A stretch of 63,184 bases of DNA, filler included, from Reclinomonas americana ATCC 50394 (Eukaryota): the NCBI GenBank assembly GCA_048213135.1. It is 14 parts of 14 records of this genome, joined end to end, with 100 filler letters (N's around TTAATTAATTAA, not from the genome) between each part and the next. Parts side by side here need not be neighbours in the genome. Positions count along the whole stretch, not along the records: positions 20,040 to 25,182 come from AFZH01021432.1; positions 25,283 to 32,779 come from AFZH01021433.1; positions 32,880 to 36,226 come from AFZH01021434.1; 11 more parts are not named here. One strand, given 5' to 3'. Shown here piece after piece: positions 21,659 through 34,467 of the stretch. The notes beneath the pieces were generated by a model. That model was not told the DNA's origin and did no database searches. It saw only the letters and a list, made by a program, of their open reading frames with translations. Numbering within the stretch: the stretch's first letter is position 1; each line of letters opens with the position of its first letter. The position numbers and the translations under genes are program-made.

Positions 21659-24356
21659 ATGGGGCTCTCTCCCGCGGAGCAGCAGATGCTGGCGGTGCTA
21701 TGCATCGCCTTCCTCGAGACTGTGCTCAGTACTATCTTTGCGCTGGTGACGTCGTGTTGCTGTTCTCACACACTTCTCACACGCGCATTCACTCACTCTG
21801 CGCTCTCCGATGCAGGCATTGTTGCCGATGTTGAGATGGTCTGCCATCAAGGTGTGTCTCTCCCACTATGTGTGTGAGAGGAAGTCACCAAACTGACCTT
21901 GAGAGCAGCCTCTGTCTCCGCGACTGCTGCTCGGATTTTTCATCTCCGGGTCTCTGTGGGGCGTGTTCTTTGTGTGGATCATCATGCAGGCGCAGCTGGG
22001 GGCCACCTCCGTCTGCGTTGCGTCTCCTCCTCCTTTGCCATTCTTCTCTCGCTCTCACGATATCTCACCAGCTTGTGTAGGTCGTGCATGTCGAGCGGTA
22101 CACTCTCGGTGCCGTCGGCCGCACGCTGTTTGTCATGTTGCGTGTCGCGGTCGTCGATACTCGTGTTGGCCAGTCGCTCATCGTGCCCTCCCCTTTGGCG
22201 CGCACCGGCAGTGCTCGAGCGCTCCAGTTGTTGGTGACGGCGGCGACCACGCTCCGTCGAAGCGAGGACATCAAAGTGGCTGCTCTCCGCGCTCGACATC
22301 AGCTTCAAGCTGGCCTCGAAGACACCAACACGGGCTCCACTCTGTCGTCGGGGATGCAGATGAATAGCTTCTACGATGGCCGCGTCTCGAAGAAGGCCGT
22401 CGTTCGCCTCACCCACAAGCACGACATGTATCGCTGGCAGCGCCGACTGAGCGAGTGGCGCGTACTCCTCTTCTGCCTCTTCTGCATCGTGGCGACCTTG
22501 GTCGTTGGCATTGGTGTTGCGTACTGTATGTGGGTTTGCGTGCGCGTTGTCGCCGTGACTCATTGTGGTTGTGTGCGCAGCTCGGCGTGACCGAGTCGTC
22601 CACGCAGTGCAGCGTGTCGCTGTTTGTGTGCCGATGCGTCATTCTTGCACTCTTTGTGGTGGAAGTCATCCTCTCCGTTGTGGTGCTGGTTCGGCTGTGG
22701 CATTTTGCCGACGTCCGTAACGTGCGTCGCTCGCTCGCTCGCTCGTCACTCTGTCGCTGTCACCTCACTCCGATTGTCGCAGGTTCGCAACGAAATGTTT
22801 GTGTCGCTCAGCTTCTCGCTGCTGGTGCGTCCATGCACACTCTCTCTTCCTCCTCCGAGCGTGAGTTCTCACTCATGCTTGCAGGGGTGTTGTTTGAGTG
22901 TGATCCGCCTCTTCCGTTCGGATCAGTACTCGCTCACGTGCGCCCGTGCTGTGTTGTGTGTCGCCTCCCCGCTCGCCGGTGACTCTTGCTGATTGATTTC
23001 GTGTGCGCAGGCAAGATCCACTCAACTGGGTGATCCTGTGGGTGACCGCCATTGCGCAACTCGGCTCCGTGTGTGCCCCCCTGTTTGCTTGGTACGCCGA
23101 TGGCTGCCGCCCATTACTGTTCATGAAATCATCTCATCCGATTGCGCCACTGCTGCGCCCAGGCCCTGGCGGTTAATGCGGCTTCACAGACCATGGAAGA
23201 CTGTTGATGCAGAGACGAGGGAAAGAACGCAGTCGGTGAGTGTCTCCCCCGGGCGCTCCTCACCGCAGACGTGCGTGGCCGTTCATCACTACGTCTGCGC
23301 CAGATATCTTCATTCGAGAGCGCAGGCCAACGCGCATCGGATGCCAGCGGTAGCGGGAAGAGCTCCCGGAGCGGCAGCTATCGCGATCACGCAGACATGT
23401 TGACATCCGCGCTGGTCAGTCGCACGCACACCTACACGTGCAGTAGAGTGCCTTCTCGCGCTTGTCTCACTCACTTATCGTGGTGGCAGCTGGACTCTGG
23501 GCACTTGATTCGCAATCGAGCGTATTCGTTCAGCACGGCGGCTTTCAACGAGTTGGACTCTGTGCTCGACAACCCCGAAACCATGGAACTGTTTCGAGCG
23601 CACTGCACGTTGGAATACTCGCTGGAGGTGCTGTTGCTCTTGGTGACATGCATACGTTCTGCTTCCGCTCACACTTCCCCCACGCAGAATCTCATGTTTC
23701 TCATCCGCCTGCGTGAGTACAAGTTGGCGGCCGCCCGGCTGCTAATGACCGATCCTCTCGACGTGCTGGCTCTGTCTCGGCGGCAAGCCAACGTGCGCGG
23801 CCTTGGTCTTCTCATCTGCGAAGACTTTTTCTTCTCCACTGTTGCGTCATGACTCCGCGCGACTCTTTTCCATTTCTCAACTCACGTGCGTGGGTGCGGT
23901 ACGTGCAGGGTGCTCACGTGCTGAACGTGTCAGAGTTGCGTGCAAGCAAAGCTTTAAAGGGAGAGTGGTGCAAGTCTATGTGATACTGGATTAACTCCAC
24001 AGTTGTACAGGCGCGAAATGGCTCCGGTGATGGAGAGCTTCACCCGAGCACGGCACCGCAGCAGCGACGGTGGCGAAGACACCCTGCTTTGCCAGGTCTC
24101 CTGGCGTGGCGATATACCCCCATCACGCGACGAACCCCTGCGCAGCACCTCCGTCAACACGATTTTCGACAGCACCGAGCGCGCCGTGCTGCGCATGGTC
24201 ATCACCGACATTCTACCGAGATTCGTGACCAGTGCCTCCTACCGCGACTTTATTCAACGGCAACGAATGTTGTCGTCTTCGTCATCGCCACCACCGCTCG
24301 CCTCCCTCACCTCGCAGTCGTCGTTTGTGGAGCGCACGCAGCTGGAGATACAATAA
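21659..24356 (+). CDS. Multi-pass (7TM-like) receptor fused to a C-terminal RGS domain
   Basis: Several hydrophobic exons, then RGS motifs LDSVLDNPETMELFRAHCTLEYSLENLMF, LNVSERE, IFDSTERAVLRMVITDILPRFVTSASY. Confidence 0.85.
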
Positions 24357-24552
24357 TGAAAGTATAGTAAATAGTACGTAGAATTGCTGCAGCTCGAGCG
24401 GTCCCGGAAAGAGTGCTGCAGATCGACGACGATGGCTGTCTTCTTGTTGTCCAACGACGCAATATTTTGATATCCATGATCCATATTCACGAACACACAT
24501 TGAGAGGTGACAGAGAGTGCGAAGTTCTCGCACACTCACATCACACACTCGT

Positions 24553-25182
24553 ATGGCGTCACCCTATGCGCGTCTTCTTCCAGTGGAGGTTCGTGATCAT
24601 CTCTCACTCTCTCCCTCCACCGTGTGTGTTTGTGTGTGCACACACAGTGTCGTCACTCTCATGCTCACTCACGCACGCACTCACTCATTGGTGTTGCTGT
24701 GCAGGATGACCCCAGAAGACCTGCATCAGCAGCAGCAGGAGGAGCAGCAGCACCCACAGCAGGTGCCGGTGTGGGCTCAGTGATGGTCCCAGTTGCTGTG
24801 AGTGGAGGGCAGCCATCTCCAGCCAACTCCACAGGCACAACAGCAGCAGCAGGAGGAGCAGCAGGAGGCGCAGGAGGCGGAGACGCCAACATGACACTGT
24901 CAGAACGAGTGGCAGCTGATGCAGTCAAGCAGAGTGTGGTGCGTTTTGTGTTTGTCTGTTAAAGTGAGAGAGAGATATGGAGTATTGAGAGACGTGTGTT
25001 TGTGCCTCTTTCTCTCTCTCTGTCTCTCGCTCATGTCTTTGTTTGTTTGTTTGTAGTCTCCGGAGGCCAAGGCGCGCTCTGGTTCCACCTGGCAACACGT
25101 GAAGCGACTGTTCCGCGCGTTGACGCCCGAGATGTGGTGGATCTTTTGGGGCACGGTGTTCTCGGTGGGCTCCACGGGCGTA
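24553..25182 (+). CDS. Probable ABCB transporter N-terminus (3'-truncated); may belong with the NBD at 18819-19939
   Basis: Spliced MASPYARLLPVE, Ala/Gly linker, then KRLFRALTPEMWWIFWGTVFSV, like the ABCB elbow helix plus TM1. Confidence 0.55.
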
Positions 25183-25782
25183 NNNNNNNNNNNNNNNNNN
25201 NNNNNNNNNNNNNNNNNNNNNNNNNNTTAATTAATTAANNNNNNNNNNNNNNNNNNNNNNNNNNNNNNNNNNNNNNNNNNNNGGTGGCTGTGTGTGTGCG
25301 CGTGTGTGGGTGGATGTGAGAAGATGCATGCAATCAGCCCGCTCATTTGCATGAAAAAAGAATGCAACTCCGTGAGCTGAGGTCGACCTCGGCGTCGATG
25401 TTCTCACGCGTGGACATTTGCAAAGGATGTATGGGTGTGTCGCTGCACAGCTCCGAGCAGCCAGCGCGCAAGGATCGAGAAGTCTGTTTGTTCGGTTCGC
25501 GGAAGATCTCCCGGACGATCGCGACGTCGATGGAGACCACAGAAGGTTGACAACTCTTGCGCTGCTGTTGTTCTGCTTGTACTGCAGTACGCCATTGCGG
25601 CCTGCGACGGCGATGATGAAGGATTTTGAAGTGGAAGGCAATATCGATATATATCGTGCATGCGCATGCATCGATTTTCCTGCAGTCATGTGCCTCGCTG
25701 CGCTGTGTGCGGTGCATGTGCATGCGTCACGGAACCTCATTCTCCTTGCCGTCTCTCTGGCAAAAAAAAACAAAAAATATAA

Positions 25783-25880
25783 AGTCCACGGCGGGATTTG
25801 AACCCGCGACCTTCAACTCCGGAGGCTGACGCACTCTAGTCAGGCAAAATCTCGCCAGATTACGACTGTGCTACGTGGAC
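25783..25880 (-). tRNA. tRNA-Arg(CCG) with 26-nt D-loop insertion (putative BHB intron)
   Basis: Acceptor GTCCACG/CGTGGAC, D-stem GCAC/GTGC, anticodon arm TCAGC-CTCCGGA-GTTGA, T-arm GCGGG-TTCAAAT-CCCGC, downstream oligo-T terminator. Confidence 0.88.
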
Positions 25881-26227
25881 CTATCGCATGTGACGGCGAT
25901 TTATTATCATGTCTCGCATGCATTCGAGGGAATGCTTCGGCGACGTTGTGGAAACAATCGTGCGCAGCGTGGGCAGGCGAGAGAGAAGTGCATCACGTGC
26001 TGCGACTGCGGAAAGAGCGTTTTATTTCGTCGTTTCGCTGATTATCTGACATTTTCTGCATTGCACAGTTGCATGCACGGCCATCCGCGGCTGAGGAGGA
26101 GGAGGTTGCTCATCGGCACATAGGCGTGTGCGTGCCAACGAGGCCTCCACCCCTCCCCGACGACGGGAAACGAAGCTGTCCTGCCACCAGCGACGTCACC
26201 TTGATTGTTATCGATTGCGCGTGATCG

Positions 26228-29200
26228 ATGCGCCTCGGTGGGGGCGACACACACGGCGGCGGCGGCGGTGGCGGTTTGGCAGCAGCAAACAGCATTCAAG
26301 ACGACGGCACTGACCAGCTCATCTCTGAGCACCAAACACGTTCTGACACGACATGGGTGAGTGACGTGCAACACGGCAGGGGCGAGTGATGAGAACAGAG
26401 GCAGGAGAGAAAGCAAGGAAAGAGAGAGAAAGAAAGAGAGATGAAGAAGACAAGAGAGACAGTGGTCGCCTTCCCGCGTTCCCTTTCTCTCCTCTCTTTC
26501 TCACTCTCCCCCCAGCTTGAGTCGGATGAAGCACTGGAGAATCGCTATCGACGACGACGATACATTGCGTGCGTGATTGTCGGCTGCCTGCTGCTGGCTG
26601 TGTCGGGCGTTGGATTGGCGCTGTGGATGTTGAATCCAGATCCGCCAAGTCCAGGTAAGGAAGAAAGCTTGAACGCCCACTCTCCCTTGGGCCTCACAAT
26701 CTTCTCTCTCTTTCTCTCGCCAGACGGCATGAACATGAGCTTTTCGCCGGCCACCCGTCTCTTCACGCTGTCCTTCCTCGGCAAGGAGCGACTGCACTTG
26801 GCGCTCGGCGTGCAGTTGCCGATTGATGATGCTAACAACAACAATAGCAAGGGTGATCCGGAGCGCCTCGGTTCCGATCGTGTGTACTCGTGGGGCTCCA
26901 CGCGATTGCAAATCACACCCGTGCTGGATGATGACGATCGGTGTGCACGCATCGAGTGGCAGGTGCGTGCTGCGCTCCCGCTCACCAGCCAGTCTCGTAA
27001 GCAACTGAGACACGAGCAGATGCCGAATGAGAACGACAACTCAATCCTCGAGGACTGTGTGCTGCTGGATGCTGGCGTGTCCTGGTACGGCGGTGGGGAG
27101 ACGTACGAGCAAGTGTGGCCAGCAAACCTGGTGGGTTCCACCCACTTGTCTTGTGTGTCGGTACAAGTCTTGCTGGCACCCAACACTTTCCCCTCTCCCA
27201 GGCCATTCGCGAGACTCCGGTGCCTTTCCGTTCAGTGGGCTCGTTCGACGACCGCTCTGCCTTCAACAGTGTGCTGCAGCCACTCTGGTACTCGACATCG
27301 GGTGCCATGGTCCTGGTGGACCGCGACATTCCGCTCATGTACAGCCTTCGAAGTGACAACCGACTTTGCTTGCGTGCGGATCCGGTGGGATTCTACGCGG
27401 CCTTTGGACTGCGCGATCAGGATCCATCTACAGTGGCCCTGCGAGTTGCGTGCAATTGCGTGCGAAACGCACTTGCTCTACACGTGTTTCTCACGTCTCG
27501 CATGTATGTGCGCGCGCGCAGTACACGGTCTGTGGTGCAGAGAATGTGGAGCGGGCTCGTCGTCACCTGTTCTTCTCGGGAAAGATCCCCACTCCAGCAC
27601 ACATACCGGATCAGCGCATGATTCGTGAGCCTGTGTGGTCCACGTGGGCGCGCTACAAGTTGCTTTGGCGTCTTGCTGTCACCTCTCCACCTCGTCGCCT
27701 TGTTCATGTTTTGTGTGTGTGTCGCTCAGATCGGCCATCAACGAGACTGTGGTGATGGACTTTGCCAAGCAAGTCATTCAACATGGTTTCCCGATATCGC
27801 AAATGGAAATCGACGACAGCGTGCGTGCCCACTGACTCCTACGTGTGCTCCTCGCCTTTTGTTCTCTCATTCTCCCCCTCCTGGTTAGTACTCGGCTCAC
27901 TATGGCGACTTCACGTTTGATCCTGCTCGATTCCCCAACGCGGCGCAAATGGTGTCGTCGTTGCAGGACATGGGAGTTGCGTTTGTGGTTCGAGCCTCCT
28001 TTTTTCACTCCGTATCCTCATGCCGTTTCCTCAATGTACTGGCGGCGGTGTAGATCCGAGTGACTCTGTGGGTACATCCGTTCGCCAACCCCGGATCGTC
28101 TGCCTACGACACCGGCGTACAACAGAACTTCTTCGTCACCGACTCGCGTTCCAAACAGACTGCCCAGGTGCAGTGGTGGCACGGCACCGGCGCGTTGTTG
28201 GATGTCACCGATCCGACTGCTAGACGGGTACGACGAACTGCTCCTTTTCTGTATGCCAGCGAGCAAGCCAGCTAACGACTGGTGCACAGTGGTTTGTGTC
28301 GCGTCTGCAGTCCATTCAGAGTTCGTACGGCGTTGATTCGTTCAAGTTTGACGCTGGTGAAACAGTGAGCACGCATCCTTCTCCCACATATTGATCTTCC
28401 GCTCGCTCTCTCTTTCTTTCTGAATCGCTTGTCACAGAACTACCTACCACCCTACTTCTCGACGTATTCGCCACTGGGCTCGCCGGGCGAGTACACCTCC
28501 GCGTATGTGGCCATGGCGGCACACTTTGCGCCACTGGCAGAGGTCCGCTCGGGGTTCTTTTCGCAACGCGCGCCACTGTTTGTGCGCATGCTGGACAAGG
28601 ACTCGACGTGGGGTCTTGACAATGGACTTGCGAGTGTTGTCACCAGCGCCCTCCTGTTCAGCGCGCTCGGCTACCCATTCATTCTGCCCGACATGATCGG
28701 TGCGCAGTGTGTCTCAATGTGTGGTGTTGACATCTGTGGCACTAAATGCGAATGCGGGCCAGGTGGCAACGCGTACGGCAACAACGGGGCCCTGCCGCCA
28801 AAGGAGCTGTACATTCGGTGGCTGCAGGTGACCGCCTTCATGCCGGCCATGCAGTTCTCGATAGCACCCTGGGACTACGACCAAGAGACTGTGGACATTG
28901 CGCTCAAGTTTGCACTGCTGCACGAGCAGCTGGCCGACGAGGTGGGAGCCGAGCATAGCAGATCAACGGGCATCGTCTCACACGCACACTCTCACTGTGC
29001 TGGGCAATCACAGATCATGATTCCCTATGCTCATCGTGCCACGAAAGACGGAACACAGATCATCAGTCCGCTGTGGTGAGTGTGGCTCGATCTAGTGGAG
29101 CATGGACGCGCGCACGTGCGCATCACACATGGTTTGTGCACACGCAGGGTCATTGCACCGGAGGATCCCGAATCGCAGACATGCAATTCTCAGTTTGTCG

Positions 29201-29521
29201 TCGGCGACAAGATCATGGTGGCTCCGGTGCTGGAGAGCGCCGTAAGACAGCGCGACAGTTGCGTTTTTGAGGATTGTGGCTCTGCGCGCGTAGTATGTAT
29301 GTACATGTGCTTACGTGCTGCTGGCAGTTTGGCTTCCACCGGGCGTGTGGCTGGATCGCAATGTTGCGCGCAAAGTGTTTGCTGTGTCTCGCTCGTCCGA
29401 CTATTGACCGACGTTTCAATTGGCACAGAATATGCAACTACTCGGCGGGAGCCAGTGGCTTCGAGAGTACCCGGTGAATCTCGACCAGATCGCGTACTTT
29501 GAGAGACAAGAAACAAGATAA
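26228..29521 (+). CDS. GH31 glycosidase, MYORG-like, type II membrane protein
   Basis: N-terminal TM after RRRR; SWYGGGE, PVWSTWARYK, EIDD, VTLWVHPF, nucleophile FKFDAGE, acid/base ILPDMIGGN, ELYIRW, PAMQFS. Confidence 0.92.
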
Positions 29522-29592
29522 TGTGAATGAATCATCCATGTAATGACTGTTACGTAAGATCACTCGGTCAAGGCCAGTCAACTGCCGGCGCT

Positions 29593-32021
29593 TCACGAAC
29601 GAGGCGCGTCGTAGGCATTGGCCGCCACCACATCCTCCACCGTCGATGCGATGGTACCGGCAAACACCTCCTCCGGGAAACCAAACGCATCCACCAGTGC
29701 TCTCACGTCGGGAACGATCTCCGCCAGCAGCTGATTCACCTCGGACTTGAGAGCGCGGTACTTGGGTCGCGACAGGTAGCCCTCGCTCACAAACCACGGA
29801 TCCGTCTCCATGCTGCACAACGCGAACAATCAAATGAGAAAAACAACAGCAAGTTGTATGCGACTTTGAGAGATCACGCACGTCCACAGGGCATAGAGGG
29901 AAAAGAGGCGTCGCAATGCCGACGACGCGGCTCCCGGCAAGTCACGCTCGGCCTTTTTCAACGCCTTCTGGAACGCCTCGAGTGCCATGCGGTGCGTGGC
30001 AGAGCGTGCCACCCGACAAATGTCATCCAGCGACGAGTTCCATGCGTCAAACAGGTCCACCTTGTCCTTGATCAGATCGCGCAGACGTTTGGCGAGCTCC
30101 ATCAGCTGTCGCCTCTCTCGGTAGCGGAATGCACTGTACACGAATGAGTGACTGGACATGCGGAGACGTATGCGGTTCCGCGCGCAACTGAAGCTGGAAG
30201 TCGACACTGCGCAGATGCTCCGACGTCCACTGCACGTGTGCAGTCGGGGCTACGCCGCCAAGGAGCGCGTGCGACAACTGCGCATCGACATCATCAGTGA
30301 AAGCACACAAAACGAAAAATGGTGTGCCCTGCACACAGACTACCTCGCCGACAATGTAGTCGAGTGTCATGGTGAGCGGACTCTTGCCACGCATCTCCAG
30401 CTTCACTTGATCCAACAGCAACTTGGTAACCTGCTGCAGCAGGAGCGTGTTGTCACTGGTGGGGCGACGAAAGGTTGAGTGGACTCGGGCACTACGGAGA
30501 GAAAGCACTCATACATGTTCTACCCGACGCACCCGTCAAGAGTCACCAACACGTCGGCATCGAGACGCGCCGGTGCGATAATGTTGCGCATGAGATAGCC
30601 TTGACCTGCGGTTGGCAATATGGTGTCATTCACCAGCTATCCACTCACTCTCTTCATCGCACTCACGCACCACCGCAACACTCGCGGCACTCCTGCAGCG
30701 TGTCGATCGCATGCCACGAGTTCACCGCCTTGACAGCGGCGCACAGCAGATGCACATCCTTCAGCGTGGCATCCGTCCGGTTGGCGTACACCTCGCGAGC
30801 GGTGTTGCACAGGAATGTCAGGGCGTATCTGTGCTCACCACCATGAATTATGCGCCCCTCCTCCTTCTCCGCCTCCCCCCCCCCCCCATTGTCACACGCA
30901 CGTTTTGGCGAGAGGCGGCAGCAGGCGTCGCTGATGGCTCAGGTACGTCATGATCGGCACCTCATCCTTGAGTGAGGGCCCGAACTGGCGGCGCTGGAGG
31001 GCGTACCGAACGGCCACGCACAGACCGATGCGGGCGTACACGCCGCTGGAGACGCCGACCATCAGGCGCGCAATCAACAACTCGCTCAAGTGCTGCGCAG
31101 CGAGTGAGAACAATGACCACGCATCACCCTCGCTCCAGTGAGCGCCTACCATGCCAAAGAGGTGGTCGGCGGACTTGATTTTCGGCGAAATGTGGTACTC
31201 GCCGCGCTCGTTGACGCTGGCGTACCGATTGAGAAGATTCACACGCGGCACGACGACATGATCGAACCAGATTGTGCGCAGCGAACAGTGAAGGAGAACA
31301 GACGACGCAACAGAGTGACAAAAGAGAGAGAAAGTGAGTCAATGATATGCAAGGATATCGACCATTGTCGAGTCCGAGGAGGCCCAGCTTGGCACCGACA
31401 TCCGCGATTCGAACGCCCTGCAGCGCGCGTCAGTGAGCGTGGTGCTCTGCAACCGTCCTTCTGTCAACCGTACCGGGAGCAGCTTCTTCTCATCGTCGCG
31501 CAGCATGACCACAAACGGATGAATGCCGTGGCTGACGCCGTCGACACGCAGCTGCGCAAAGACGACGGCAAAATGCGCATCGCGGTACGAGTTGCCGGCC
31601 CAGTACTTTTGTGCAGTGTCGGTGGGCGTGTGAAGAATGAAGCAGTCGCGCTCCCGATCGTAGTCGGCCACCGTCTCCAGATTGCGCACATCGCTGGCGT
31701 GACCGAGCTCGCTCATCATGAACGCACCGACCCACTCGCCCGTCTCAATCTTCGGCATGAAGTGCTTGTGGTGGTCTGTGCGCGCGCGTGAGGGAGAGGC
31801 CAAGGGGGGAAACCAAGGGAGAAACACACATTCGGTGCCGATGTTGAGGACCGAGGCGCCGGCCAGATTGCAGTGCACCGACAGCTTGACACCGACACTC
31901 GAGTTGTTCACCAGCAGCGATTCCTGCACACAGTCGCACGACAATGAGCAGTGCTGCGGCGAAGTGATTGCAACAAAGGGGGAAACACTCCACCATGGCG
32001 GTGATGAATGCTTGCGGATTG

Positions 32022-32058
<37 letters not shown>

Positions 32059-32652
32059 GTCAGCAATGGCGTGGGAGCATATACATCAGCGCAGCATGCG
32101 CAACGTGCGGAGTTCCCACACAGAGAAGAGGCCGGACTTGGTGAGCAGATCAAACTGCTCGGAAACCAAGTCGCGATGATCGTCCATGCTGCCGGCCTCG
32201 GCTGCGTGCGACACAAAGAGCGCGGAGATACAAAGATTCAGTTGTGTGCAGCTGCAGAGAGAGATAGAGAGAAAAACAACCAAAATGCAAACCATAGTTG
32301 AACATCATCTTTTCGCGATGTTGCAGAACATACTCGCGAACCGCCTGCCGCCGATCGCGTTCGTATGGGTCTGCACAGACGGAGAAGTGAGAATGCATCT
32401 TTTCCGCATTTCTCTCTCTCATTCTTCTCTCCCTCTCTCTCACTCTCTCCTCCACGCACCAAGCAACATGGAAATGGCCTCCACATCGCTGGTGTGCAGC
32501 GTCTTGAGTGCCACACTGGTGGAGAGAGTGCGATTGAGGTGACGGTCAGAGGCACACTCTTCGACAGCGACGGTCGCTCCTTTGTCGTCGTTCACATGTG
32601 CATCCTCGCCTGCATTGAGATGGCGTGCAAGAACCTGCACTCGGCGCTGCAT
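29593..32652 (-). CDS. Peroxisomal acyl-CoA oxidase-family protein with PTS2
   Basis: RVQVLARHL PTS2; GAFMMSELGHASDV, HTPTDTAQKYWAGN, AVRYALQRRQFGP, HQRRLLP, GGQGY, ALVDAFGFP. Confidence 0.92.
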
Positions 32653-32879
32653 GTTGGGAAGAGAAAAGTGTGAGCGTCGTGTGTCCCCGCGTCCCCACAA
32701 TGTCCTACCGCTAGTTATTTGTGCCTTGGGAGAGGTGGCAACGCCCTTGTCGTTGTTAACCCCCCACACTTTTATCCTCNNNNNNNNNNNNNNNNNNNNN
32801 NNNNNNNNNNNNNNNNNNNNNNNTTAATTAATTAANNNNNNNNNNNNNNNNNNNNNNNNNNNNNNNNNNNNNNNNNNNN

Positions 32880-34467
32880 ACCGGTGCCGTGAAGCTGGCG
32901 GACTTCGGTCTCGGCAAAGTGCGCACCGAGTGCATGACTCCGCGTGTTTGTGCGAGGTACCCTACTGTTGGCGAGAGAATGATGAGAGAAGCAGCAGAAG
33001 AAGAAGTGCTCATTTTGCTGTGCCGAAAAAAAGATGGTACCGTCCGCCCGAGTTGTTGTTGCTCGCCGAGTCGTACGGTGCCGCCGTGGATTGCTGGGGT
33101 GCTGGGTTAGTTTGTGCACTCGCGTCTCTCTATTCATTGTGTGTGGGTGTCATGCTGACGGTGATGGTACGACGACAATCAAAAAAAAAAGCTGTGTGAT
33201 TGCGGAAATGTTTCTGGGCACCCCGCTGATGAGTTCGCGGACGGAGATGGCTCAGGTACACGAGCTGTGCTGTTGTTGCATTGCGCGTGGACGTGTGTGA
33301 CACAGTCACTTACTGGTGCTACGGTTTTCTAGCTGGATGAGATCTACACCATGTGCGGAACGCCTGACACGCAGTCGTGGGACTCTGTGGACTGTCTTCC
33401 GGGATACCAGGCAATGCGTCCTCGCGAGTCACGACACCGTCAGTTGTCATCCATTCTTCGCGAACGCATGTGCGTCTGTTCATCACAGCAGTGACGCGCG
33501 TGATTACACTTGTTGATGATTGTCGTTGCATCAACAGGGCCAAGAGTCCCAACGAGGCGCTCTTTGCGCGGGAGCCAGAGCAGCTGGACCTGCTTGTGGA
33601 TTTGTTGGATCGCCTGCTGGCGCTCGACCCCAGTCAGCGACTCAGTGCGTCGGATGCGTTGGACCACGACTTTTTCTGGCAGGGTTCACCACCCGAACCC
33701 CCGCAAGGGTACGTGCCTCCCCCCCTCTGCCATTCATGCATCCGTCTTGTGCACGCTTGCGGCTCACCGTGTGGCTTATTGAGCGCAGACCGCTCGTGGA
33801 CTGGGACTCGCATGCGTACCGTGCCATGCAACAAGAGAAGCAGCGGAGGGCACGTTTGGCCACGTTTTCGCCCACGTACCCGCCGTCGCACTCGACAGTC
33901 GGCTCTAGTGACTGCAGCAGCCATGCCGCGTCGACCGCAGTTGACCGTGGCATGTCTTCATTAGCCGCGGCTGTCGATCGCGGCCTGTCGTCCTTGGCGG
34001 CGGCGGCGGCAGCAGCAGCCGCTGCTGCAGCTGCCTGCAGCGGGGAGACCGTCACTCCCATGCCGCGTGCCAGCTCGTCTGTCATGTCGGCGCTATCACC
34101 AGCCGCGGGCATGGTGGGCGGGTGTGGTGACAGCGCTGGAGCACGAGTGCTCGCAACACCGCTGTCTGCCGTGGCCGCTCCGTCGCAATCACGCTTTGTC
34201 TCGTTGACGGCCTCGATGGGCAGTCGGAAACGTCTGCATTCCCTTGCCGATGCTGACACGGACGAGGGATTGCATTCGTCGTCGAGCGACGATGACACCA
34301 CGCTGCCGTCTTCCTCGGCACGCCTGTACCGCAATGTGGCCTGTCAGGCCGGCAGCTCGAGCGGCGGCAGCAGTGGCGGTGCCGGTGAGCGCAGCTTTGT
34401 GTCGCCGTCGGTCGATGTGGCCGAGCCGCTCTACAAGCGGCCCAAGCTGGAGAAGACCTGCTGCTAA
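32880..34467 (+). CDS. Cyclin-dependent kinase, CDK9/CDK12-like, 5'-partial, long low-complexity tail
   Basis: VKLADFGLG, WYRPPELLL, YGAAVDCWGAGC, CGTP, LLALDPSQRLSASDALDHDFF. Confidence 0.88.
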
